Source of the DNA: Nanobdellota archaeon
GTDB taxonomy: Archaea > Nanobdellota > Nanobdellia > SCGC-AAA011-G17 > GW2011-AR20
Length of the DNA: 43,941 nucleotides
Direction of reading: 5' to 3'
Assembly (NCBI GenBank): GCA_038045885.1
Contig: JBBSXG010000030.1
Coordinates: 1 to 43,941, forward strand
Shown: piece by piece, positions 1-6,726 of the stretch
How positions within the stretch are numbered: the stretch's first letter is position 1
Layout: each line of letters opens with the position of its first letter
Notes under the pieces: generated by a model
The model's input: only the letters and a program-made list of their open reading frames with translations
Databases searched by the model: none
What the model was told of the DNA's origin: nothing
Translations under genes and position numbers: made by a program

Positions 1-82
1 GTAAAGAAAATTAAAAAGTTCAATTCAAATAAGAATATTTAAATATTCATTAAATCTTATCATTAACATAAAAAGAGAGACT

Positions 83-394
83 ATGAAAAAAATAAACATT
101 ATTTATTTAATGATATTAATAACTACAGTAATATTAATATTGCTCCCGCAGAGTTCTGCCGGAATTCTTGAATGGATAAATAAAACCCTAACAGGAAAAG
201 TAACCAGTTCTGTTGATGTAAATATAACTGTCGGAGCTGGAGGAGGAAACGCCCCCAACATAACTTTAGTATTCAATGCAACCCAGATTGGAGGAACACT
301 TAATGAAGGACCTATAAATACTAGTTTCATAATTAACTTTAGCAATTGCTTTATCATTTACAACCTTGAAAGCATCTCTTCTAGAAGTATGTAA
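83..394 (+). CDS. Secreted/surface protein N-terminal fragment (signal peptide, N-x-S/T sequon-rich), probably 3'-truncated
   Basis: ATG at 83. Hydrophobic core IIYLMILITTVILILLP followed by SSAG. Several N-x-S/T sequons (NKT, NIT, NAT, NTS, NFS). From about nt 344 the ORF is only the antisense of gatD. Confidence 0.3.
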   Translation: MKKINIIYLMILITTVILILLPQSSAGILEWINKTLTGKVTSSVDVNITVGAGGGNAPNITLVFNATQIGGTLNEGPINTSFIINFSNCFIIYNLESISSRSM

Positions 395-1120
395 CTTTCT
401 GGTTTTGCACGCAGGCAAAATTACACAAGTTTTATCTTCCATTGATTCATGCATGCAAATAGCAACTCCAGAAAAGTCTGTTTGTGCTATAAAAGTGCTC
501 GCGCATATTAGATTCATGGCAGCATCGCTTGATCCCCTGTCTGAACTTCTTTGAGATCCAACTAAAATAACTGGAATAGGACAATTTTCCAAAACAAAAC
601 TTAAAGCAGAACTTGCTACTGCCAAATTATCTGTCCCCATCCCTATAATAACTCCTTTAACTCCTTCTTTAATTTCTTTTTCAATTTCCTTAGCAAGTAT
701 ACCAAAATGCTTAAATCTTAAATCATCACTCCACATTTTTCTGACTAACTTGCTTCTAAAGTTTGCTATATTCTTAATTTCCGGGAACATTGCTAATAAT
801 TCTTCTGGAGTAAACGCTGAAGTAGTTGCTCCTGTCTTGTAATCTACCCTTGAAACTATTGTCCCGCCAGTATGCAAAATCGAAATTGTAGGCAAATTTT
901 TCTTTTGCACAATTTTTCCTATATTCTCTTTTTTTGCAGAAAATTTTTTTAGTGTAATAATTTTTTTTATTTTATTTTTATTTATTCCAATGTTGTACCC
1001 TGAATCAAGTTTTAAAACATAAATATCCTTATTTGTCGACGGAATTAAGCATCCTTTAAAATTTTCATCTTGAGTAGAAATCTCAACGTAATCTCCAACT
1101 TCACAAATATTTTTTTTCAT
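266..1120 (-). CDS. gatD: Glu-tRNA(Gln) amidotransferase subunit D (GatD), apparently 3'-truncated (possible pseudogene or assembly junction)
   Basis: AD1-like N-terminus, then asparaginase-type motifs HTGGTI, GMGTDN and KLHTSRRDAF..IAKV. Similarity ends near aa 262 (nt ~335). The ORF stops at 284 aa, whereas GatD proteins I know are about 400-440 aa. Confidence 0.75.
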   Translation of the reverse strand: MKKNICEVGDYVEISTQDENFKGCLIPSTNKDIYVLKLDSGYNIGINKNKIKKIITLKKFSAKKENIGKIVQKKNLPTISILHTGGTIVSRVDYKTGATTSAFTPEELLAMFPEIKNIANFRSKLVRKMWSDDLRFKHFGILAKEIEKEIKEGVKGVIIGMGTDNLAVASSALSFVLENCPIPVILVGSQRSSDRGSSDAAMNLICASTFIAQTDFSGVAICMHESMEDKTCVILPACKTRKLHTSRRDAFKVVNDKAIAKVNYETSIYRSFIKCSSNLGCIEY

Positions 1121-1460
1121 TAATCATAGTAAAAATGAGTAAATTAAATAAGATTTATATTCTAGAAAGTATATATTGAATTTTAATAACATTTAAATAT
1201 AAGTGTAGACAATAAAAGAACTAATTAAGTTTAAAGATTTCATCATAACTTGATTTTGTTTGGCGACAAAACCAATGTGTTTGACGATTGATGAAAACTT
1301 TTTCTCGAAAGTTTCGTGTTAGTCGAAAGAATATTTATTGGCGTAAAAATTCCTTCTAAAGATAGGTATATGTTGAACTAATATATAAATATTATTGTTC
1401 AAGAACATATATCTCATAATCAAAAACAAAGGAGAAAAAAACAAAACGGGGGAATAAAAA

Positions 1461-2543
1461 ATGGACTTTATAATACAAAGCGCGCTAGAAGGTTCAAAGC
1501 AACCTAAATATGAAAATGTTAAAGTAGGACAAGCCAACATCAAGGTTATTGGTACTGGTGGTGGTGGTAGTAATATGGTTTCTTGGTTATACAGAAAAGG
1601 TATACAAGGAGCTGAGATTATAGCATGTAATACTGATAAACAACATCTAGATATTACAGAAGCTGATCACAAGATTTTACTTGGGGTGGAATTAAATAGA
1701 GGACTAGGATGTGGGGGATTCCCACAAAAAGGACAAGAATCTGCAAAAGAAAGCTTACATGAAATCAAAGAAGCTTTGAAAGATTCTGATATGATTTTCA
1801 TTTGTGCTGGTATGGGTGGTGGAACAGGAACAGGTGCTGCCCCAGTTATAGCAAGAGTTGCAAAAGAGATGGGTGCTATTGTCATAGGCACAGTAACAAT
1901 GCCTTTAGATATTGAAAAGGCAAGAGTAGACAAAGCTGAATTTGGATTGCAACAATTAAGACAAGCTTCTGACACAGTTATTGTTATTGATAATAACAGG
2001 TTAGTTCAAATTGCAGGAAACTTGCCATTGAAGCAAGCTTTCGCAGTAGCTAACGAGTTAGTAAGCACAATGATTAAAGGAATAGTTGAGACAATTGCTG
2101 TTCCAAGTTTGGTTAACTTGGATTATGCAGATGTCAAAGCTATTATGACCTCGGGTGGAGTAAGCGTCATTGGGATAGGAGAGAGTGATACAGAACATAG
2201 AGTAGAGGAGGCTGTTAAGCGTGCTTTAAGCAATCCTTTACTAGACGTAACATATTCAGGCGCAACAGGTGCCTTGATTCACATTACAGGAGGAGAAGAC
2301 TTAACTCTAGATGAAGTAAACAAAGTTGGAGAGATTGTAACTCAAGCTCTAGATCCAGACTCACAAGTTATCTGGGGAGCAAGAATCTCTGAAGACATGA
2401 ACAACAGATTAAGAGTAATGACAATAATCACAGGAGTTAACTCGCCATTTGTAATTGGAAAAGTTGACCATAACAAACCTAGCTCAGAAATGAGAAGGAT
2501 GTCAGATGAACTAGGAATTGAAATGGTACACAGAGGAAGATAA
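1461..2543 (+). CDS. ftsZ: Cell division GTPase FtsZ
   Basis: GTGGGGSN and tubulin signature GMGGGTGTGAAPVIA. Full-length FtsZ-like layout with a variable C-terminal tail. Confidence 0.95.
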   Translation: MDFIIQSALEGSKQPKYENVKVGQANIKVIGTGGGGSNMVSWLYRKGIQGAEIIACNTDKQHLDITEADHKILLGVELNRGLGCGGFPQKGQESAKESLHEIKEALKDSDMIFICAGMGGGTGTGAAPVIARVAKEMGAIVIGTVTMPLDIEKARVDKAEFGLQQLRQASDTVIVIDNNRLVQIAGNLPLKQAFAVANELVSTMIKGIVETIAVPSLVNLDYADVKAIMTSGGVSVIGIGESDTEHRVEEAVKRALSNPLLDVTYSGATGALIHITGGEDLTLDEVNKVGEIVTQALDPDSQVIWGARISEDMNNRLRVMTIITGVNSPFVIGKVDHNKPSSEMRRMSDELGIEMVHRGR

Positions 2544-2568
2544 TTCCTCTATCCATTTTTTTACACTT

Positions 2569-2648
2569 AAGGGCAGAGTAGACTTCTTTAACCCCCTTGA
2601 AATGCCCTTTCACGGCTGGCTCCAAAAACCAGCCTTTTTTCTTTTTTT
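2569..2648 (+). terminator. Two tandem hairpins followed by a T6-C-T7 run downstream of ftsZ (terminator-like or structured 3' element)
   Basis: AAGGGCA (2569-2575) pairs with TGCCCTT (2603-2609). GGCTGG (2614-2619) pairs with CCAGCC (2629-2634). This is followed by ttttttcttttttt. Confidence 0.45.
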
Positions 2649-3111
2649 AATTTATCGAAAACAAAACATCCTGCTCACAATCAACTTCTTTGAATTTAAA
2701 ATATTTCTTTAACAATTTTCTAAATTCATCAATTTTTGAAGATTTTTTTAAGAAAGTTATTGCAATGTTATTATTTGTTGAAACCCTTTTAATTTCTAAT
2801 AATGCTTTCTCCATGTTCTTAAAGTTATGAAAGGCTGTAACGCTTATTACTGTATTAAAAGATTTATCTGGAAAAGGCAATTTTTCGGCTTTTCCATGAA
2901 TTAAATTTCCTTCCTTGCTTTGTTTAATCATCTCCTTAGAATTATCTATTCCAATGCTAACAACATTAAAATAATTTGTACTTATTCCTGTGCCACATCC
3001 AATATCTAATAATAGGGGGACAATTTTTATATTTTTTTTTATGATTTCAAGTTTTTTAACCTGTTCTTCTTTATGAAGTTCATTATAAGATTTAGCTATT
3101 TTATTGTACAT
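2647..3111 (-). CDS. Small class I SAM-dependent methyltransferase (Methyltransf_11/UbiE-like)
   Basis: Motif I LLDIGCGTGIST and a post-I acidic residue (GIDNS). I prefer the ATG at 3109-3111 (MYNKIAKSYNELH...) over the ORF-track start at 3159, because the duplicated remnant at 3588-3640 begins with the same MYNK start. Confidence 0.75.
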   Translation of the reverse strand: MYNKIAKSYNELHKEEQVKKLEIIKKNIKIVPLLLDIGCGTGISTNYFNVVSIGIDNSKEMIKQSKEGNLIHGKAEKLPFPDKSFNTVISVTAFHNFKNMEKALLEIKRVSTNNNIAITFLKKSSKIDEFRKLLKKYFKFKEVDCEQDVLFSIN

Positions 3112-3117
3112 CTTAGT
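3065..3117. repeat. Direct repeat copy A (53 bp), covering the 5' end of the methyltransferase gene plus 6 nt upstream
   Basis: 48 of 53 nt are identical to 3588-3640 in the same orientation (aligned by hand). Confidence 0.9.
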
Positions 3118-3121
3118 TATA

Positions 3122-3129
3122 TTTATATA
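3122..3129 (+). promoter_or_regulatory. TATA box (TTTATATA) for the RelE-like gene
   Basis: Its centre lies 26.5 nt upstream of the ATG at 3152. The same spacing is seen at other genes in this window. Confidence 0.4.
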
Positions 3130-3151
3130 CAAATTATGTTTATAAAAGCTT

Positions 3152-3388
3152 ATGTTCAAGATTTTTAAAACGAAAGAATTTGATGATAATTATAATAAGT
3201 TGGATAATTCTGAAAAGAAAAGGGCAGATAAAATAAGAGATCAATTATCAAAAAATGGGAATACTACAGGCAAACCTCTATCGGGCTTAAAATTTTTCAG
3301 GGAGAAAAAGTTTGACGGGAAAAGAATTTATTATTTAGTTTATAAAAATGATATAGCTAATTTAATAAAAGATCAAAACCATGCTTAG
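3152..3388 (+). CDS. RelE/ParE-superfamily toxin-like protein (short C-terminus)
   Basis: 78 aa. The pattern F..EFD..Y.KLD..EKKR..KIRDQL....TGKPLSG..FFREKKFDGKRIYYLVY resembles archaeal RelE-type mRNA interferases. Confidence 0.5.
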   Translation: MFKIFKTKEFDDNYNKLDNSEKKRADKIRDQLSKNGNTTGKPLSGLKFFREKKFDGKRIYYLVYKNDIANLIKDQNHA

Positions 3389-3389
3389 A

Positions 3390-3551
3390 TTACTTCCATT
3401 CAGTAACTCGGCCATGTTTTATATCTTCAAGACTTCTCTTTACTTGGTTAACCAAATCAGAATCAATTTTAGAATTCTTTTTTAGCATTTCATACTCTGC
3501 TAGGCTAATAGTTATTTTTTTCAGCATTTTTGTTCTTGATTTCATTTCCAT
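3390..3551 (-). CDS. 53-aa antitoxin-like small protein (not in the ORF track)
   Basis: Hand translation: MEMKSRTKMLKKITISLAEYEMLKKNSKIDSDLVNQVKRSLEDIKHGRVTEWK. The layout (I.ISL.EYE.L, then ...SLEDIK.GRV) is typical of small archaeal antitoxins. It has its own TATA 26.5 nt upstream. Confidence 0.4.
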   Translation of the reverse strand: MEMKSRTKMLKKITISLAEYEMLKKNSKIDSDLVNQVKRSLEDIKHGRVTEWK

Positions 3552-3573
3552 ATTATTTGATAATTATGACTAA

Positions 3574-3581
3574 TATATAAA
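3574..3581 (-). promoter_or_regulatory. TATA box (TTTATATA on the minus strand) for the 53-aa gene
   Basis: Its centre lies 26.5 nt upstream of the minus-strand ATG at 3551. Confidence 0.4.
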
Positions 3582-3587
3582 TATTAC

Positions 3588-3640
3588 TCTTCTTTATGAA
3601 GTTCGTTATAGGATTTAGTTATTTTATTATACATTTTAGT
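3588..3640. repeat. Direct repeat copy B, a remnant of a methyltransferase 5' end (encodes MYNKITKSYNELHKEE then a stop on the minus strand)
   Basis: 48 of 53 nt are identical to 3065-3117. Three of the four differences inside the coding part are synonymous. Confidence 0.9.
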
Positions 3641-3648
3641 AAAACTTT

Positions 3649-4581
3649 TTATTTTCCGTTTTTCTTCAAAATTTCAACAATTTTGCAGGTTTGGCAAATT
3701 TCCTGCGAGCTTGGCTCTCCGCATATCTTACAAGAATTAATAGTAACAAAACCTTTAAAATTTTCTTTTAAAATAGGAAGCAACTCTAAAAAACTTGTAA
3801 TGATACTATGCTTAGTTCCAGGATATTTTGCCTCAATATTGTTTATCATATCTCTTATATCTCCTCTATAAGAATCTGAACTATGGGGGCATTCTAAGAA
3901 TTCTGTAGTCAATCCTTTTAAGAAAGCGTAAGTTGCAGTTTCTTTTTCAGTCATTAAATACAATGGCTTAATCCTCTTAATAAATCTTTTATCTTTTGTA
4001 ATACCTGTAATTGGCCCTAATCTAGCAGAGGTTTCTAAATTTCTCCTAAAATAATTCATTATAATTGTCTGTGATTCATCATCTAGATTATGGCCCGTAG
4101 CTAGTTTTGTAAATCCTAACTCTTTTGCTTTTTTATTTAATAAGTATCTTCTGAAAGGACCGCACATTGAACATGCTTTCATATCACTTTTCTTAAGAAA
4201 ATTATCCAAAGTATTTCCAAATTCTTCCTTATATGAAAAAATATGTAATTTAATATTATTGTCTTTGCAGAATTTTTTTGCTCTTTCTAAAGTCTTATCC
4301 CTGTAACCTTTAATTCCTTCATCAATTGCAATAGCCTCTAATTCAAATATTCTAATTTTATCTTTTAATTGTTTAATTATGCTTAATAACGATAATGAGT
4401 CTTTTCCGCCAGAAACAGCAACTCCAACTTTATCATTTCTTTCAATTAATTTATAGTCTTTAATTGTTTTTAGAACTTTTCTTTCAAAATATCTTGCAAA
4501 ATGCTGCCTGCATAATTTAATGTTATTGTTAGTTAAGTTAATTACAGGTTTTTCTAGACAATTTTTGCATGGCATGATCAA
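3649..4581 (-). CDS. PP-loop tRNA 2-thiolation enzyme, NcsA/Ncs6/TtuA/TtcA family
   Basis: PP-loop VAVSGGKDS, AIDEGIKGYRD, CSMCGPFRR and TGHNLDD. N-terminal CKNC...C..H and C-terminal CKIC...CQTC zinc-finger-like pairs. Confidence 0.85.
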   Translation of the reverse strand: MIMPCKNCLEKPVINLTNNNIKLCRQHFARYFERKVLKTIKDYKLIERNDKVGVAVSGGKDSLSLLSIIKQLKDKIRIFELEAIAIDEGIKGYRDKTLERAKKFCKDNNIKLHIFSYKEEFGNTLDNFLKKSDMKACSMCGPFRRYLLNKKAKELGFTKLATGHNLDDESQTIIMNYFRRNLETSARLGPITGITKDKRFIKRIKPLYLMTEKETATYAFLKGLTTEFLECPHSSDSYRGDIRDMINNIEAKYPGTKHSIITSFLELLPILKENFKGFVTINSCKICGEPSSQEICQTCKIVEILKKNGK

Positions 4582-4772
4582 CCGCCAGAGATAACACTTA
4601 ATAATTTTAACTCATCATTATTCTTTAAATTAGTCTCTAATAAAATTAGTTCATTGTTTCTTGCTAATAAAACAGTTTCAGGATTAATATTTAATTTAGT
4701 TAAAATTTCTCTAGCATTACTAGCTTCAACGTTTACAAATTTATTTTCTTTTTCAATAAAAACTTTTATCAT
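4578..4772 (-). CDS. Ubiquitin-like beta-grasp sulfur carrier (ThiS/MoaD/SAMP/TtuB-like) with a C-terminal Gly-Gly
   Basis: 64 aa ending in ...LLSVISGG. A 4-nt overlap links it to the downstream thiolase gene. Confidence 0.7.
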   Translation of the reverse strand: MIKVFIEKENKFVNVEASNAREILTKLNINPETVLLARNNELILLETNLKNNDELKLLSVISGG

Positions 4773-4794
4773 AAACTTTAATTAAAAATCAGAT

Positions 4795-5172
4795 TTATAA
4801 AATTAAGCTTTTTAAGTAAGTCCGACTTTCATACTCCAAAATAGCGTGCATGATTTGATACCTTATCTCTTTATTTACTTCAGGAAATCCAGTAAAACCT
4901 CCAATTTCAGAAAAAAATTCAGATTTACCAGCATATTTTATGTCCATATAATATTTTTTACCATATATAACATGTTCTTCCTTGCCTGGAGAAGCTATCC
5001 ATGAATCTGGAGATTGAAAATTTTCAACATGATCAAGAATTTCAACTTCGCCAGCATAAACTCTATTTTTAAGATCAGCTTCTGCGATATTTACACTAAT
5101 AACTTCACAGCCGAATGAGATTTTTTGATGAAAATCTAAATGCAAAAGTAATTTTTCTAAATTTTTTTCCAT
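4795..5172 (-). CDS. Hypothetical protein (orphan, 125 aa from the ATG) embedded in the sulfur-relay operon
   Basis: Open frame with no motif I recognise. The ORF-track start at 5190 is TTG. The first ATG is at 5170-5172 (MEKNLEKL...). Confidence 0.5.
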   Translation of the reverse strand: MEKNLEKLLLHLDFHQKISFGCEVISVNIAEADLKNRVYAGEVEILDHVENFQSPDSWIASPGKEEHVIYGKKYYMDIKYAGKSEFFSEIGGFTGFPEVNKEIRYQIMHAILEYESRTYLKSLIL

Positions 5173-5195
5173 TTTATACTTAAACTGCAAAAGAT

Positions 5196-5807
5196 TTATA
5201 AAACTTTTCTTAAATTTTTTAGTGAGTTTTCAAATAATTTATTAATATCAGCCTTACGCTCTTCTTTTTCTACAAAACTTACTTCACTTCTTGTAGCAGG
5301 ATGTTTTGGACCAAGAATGTTACACATTTCAGGTCCTTTAGATAATTCAAAAGTATCAAATTTCTTTGCTAGTTTAATTATTTGATCTTTGTCATAAGAT
5401 AATAAGGGATGTAAAATAGGAATGTTAACAACTTGTGTTATTGTGGTTAGATTAGATAAAGTTTGACTAGATACTTGCCCTAGATTGCAACCATCTAAGA
5501 TAAAATCACATTTTAATTTTTTAGCTAATTCTTCGGCTATTTTATACATCAATCTTCTTGAAATTATATAATAATATCTTGGATCACATCTCTTAACTAT
5601 TAATGAATGTTCTTCAGAATGATTAATCACATAAAATTCTTTAATATTTAGTTTTTTAACAAGTTCCAAGGATTTTTTCTCAGGCGTATCATCTGTAAAT
5701 GGTTCTAAGGAAAAGTGTAATGCAACTATTTCAAGTTTATCCTGCATCAATTTTATTGCAACAGCAGAATCAAAACCTCCAGAAAGCAATGCTAAGGCTC
5801 TTTTCAT
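5196..5807 (-). CDS. thiI: ThiI-like PP-loop ATPase domain only (tRNA 4-thiouridine synthase-like, no THUMP/NFLD domain)
   Basis: ALALLSGGFDSAVA, LGQVSSQTLSNL, HPLLSYDKDQII and PEMCNILGPKHPAT match the C-terminal catalytic half of ThiI. At 203 aa it is far shorter than the roughly 380-480 aa of full ThiI. Confidence 0.7.
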   Translation of the reverse strand: MKRALALLSGGFDSAVAIKLMQDKLEIVALHFSLEPFTDDTPEKKSLELVKKLNIKEFYVINHSEEHSLIVKRCDPRYYYIISRRLMYKIAEELAKKLKCDFILDGCNLGQVSSQTLSNLTTITQVVNIPILHPLLSYDKDQIIKLAKKFDTFELSKGPEMCNILGPKHPATRSEVSFVEKEERKADINKLFENSLKNLRKVL

Positions 5808-6163
5808 TTTACCTCAAAAAAATTTAACTTGCCTTTTAGAGGAATAGTGTTAATCCTTTTGGCATTTTTTAATATAAACCCATATTTAACAAATCCTTTA
5901 GCAAAATGTTTATCATAATCTTTACCAAAATCTTCTTGGTTTTTATATTCTTTAACATCAACTAGTTCAGCCTTTCCAATTAACTTTCCAAATTCCAAGT
6001 CTTTTAGTCCAAGTTCACCTGCATAATTCAAAGAAGTTTTATTATTTGAAGAATGCACAAAAAACTGTCCTCTAAACTTAGTTCTCCATTTTCTTGTCTC
6101 AATTACCTTCTTCCCATTAACAATTAATTCTGCCCAAGGTTGTTTTAAAGATAAAGCTTTCAT
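5804..6163 (-). CDS. ASCH domain protein (PUA-like fold, predicted RNA-binding)
   Basis: The N-terminus ALSLKQPWAELIVNGKKVIETRKW.T.FRG.FFVHSS is the typical ASCH signature. Confidence 0.7.
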   Translation of the reverse strand: MKALSLKQPWAELIVNGKKVIETRKWRTKFRGQFFVHSSNNKTSLNYAGELGLKDLEFGKLIGKAELVDVKEYKNQEDFGKDYDKHFAKGFVKYGFILKNAKRINTIPLKGKLNFFEVK

Positions 6164-6726
6164 ATTAATTTAAAACTCTTAAGTCCTTTAATTAACTGAA
6201 AATAATTTCTAAACAAGATAGAATTTATTTTTAATTTTCTTGCTGTTTTTATATTATCTTTTCTATCATCAATAAATAAACATTCTTCTGGTCTTAAGTT
6301 CAATTTTCTTAAAGTTAATTTATATATTGCGATGTAAGGTTTTCTCATTCTAAGCTTATAAGAATTAATTCCAAATAAAAATCCTTTGTATACTCCCTGT
6401 CTTTTTCTGACTATATAATGTTCTTTAAAAGTATTTGATAAATAGATTACTTTATATTTTTTATTTAATTTAAAAACCAGATTTTTAACTTTCTTATTAA
6501 TCATACTTTTTTTTGCGGCTTCAATATAAATTTTTCTTAAGTTTAAATTAGCATATTTCTTGTATATTTCTTCAAGTTGCGCCAATGTAATATTTCCGGA
6601 ATCAAGCATTTTATTATATTTCGCATAATACTTAATAAAAAATTTATTATTAACCTCTTTTCTAATTTCCTTGCCTAAGTTGTTTACGACAACCCCTCCA
6701 ATATCAAATATTATTGCTTTTATCAT
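6160..6726 (-). CDS. HAD-superfamily hydrolase (subfamily IA-like)
   Basis: Motif I IIFDIGGVV (D-x-G variant), and a later LSNT and FIDDRKDNI (motif IV). Confidence 0.65.
   Translation of the reverse strand: MIKAIIFDIGGVVVNNLGKEIRKEVNNKFFIKYYAKYNKMLDSGNITLAQLEEIYKKYANLNLRKIYIEAAKKSMINKKVKNLVFKLNKKYKVIYLSNTFKEHYIVRKRQGVYKGFLFGINSYKLRMRKPYIAIYKLTLRKLNLRPEECLFIDDRKDNIKTARKLKINSILFRNYFQLIKGLKSFKLI

Noticed and set aside
1240-1345. Slightly GC-richer stretch in the 340-bp gatD/ftsZ divergent spacer with a UGAUGA (1289-1294) and small hairpins; considered as a C/D-box sRNA or other ncRNA
   Set aside because: There is only one C-box-like hexamer. There is no CUGA D or D' box at the right spacing and no terminal stem. 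The hairpins are short and AT-rich. I cannot support an RNA gene by eye, and an Infernal scan would be needed.
2518-2712. 64-aa + strand ORF spanning the ftsZ 3' region
   Set aside because: It starts inside ftsZ and runs through the hairpin/T-run region and into the antisense of the methyltransferase. The stem-loops explain it better.
3596-3871. 91-aa + strand ORF, and similar antisense ORFs in the track (1667-1975, 6817-7074, 7826-8032, 13764-14051, 15062-15382, 19247-19615, 20705-20977, 22734-23651, 27764-27967, 29300-29536, 35421-35699, 37265-37707, 39787-40356, 41766-42000)
   Set aside because: Each lies entirely inside, and antisense to, a longer ORF with clear family motifs. Their translations are low-complexity shadow frames.
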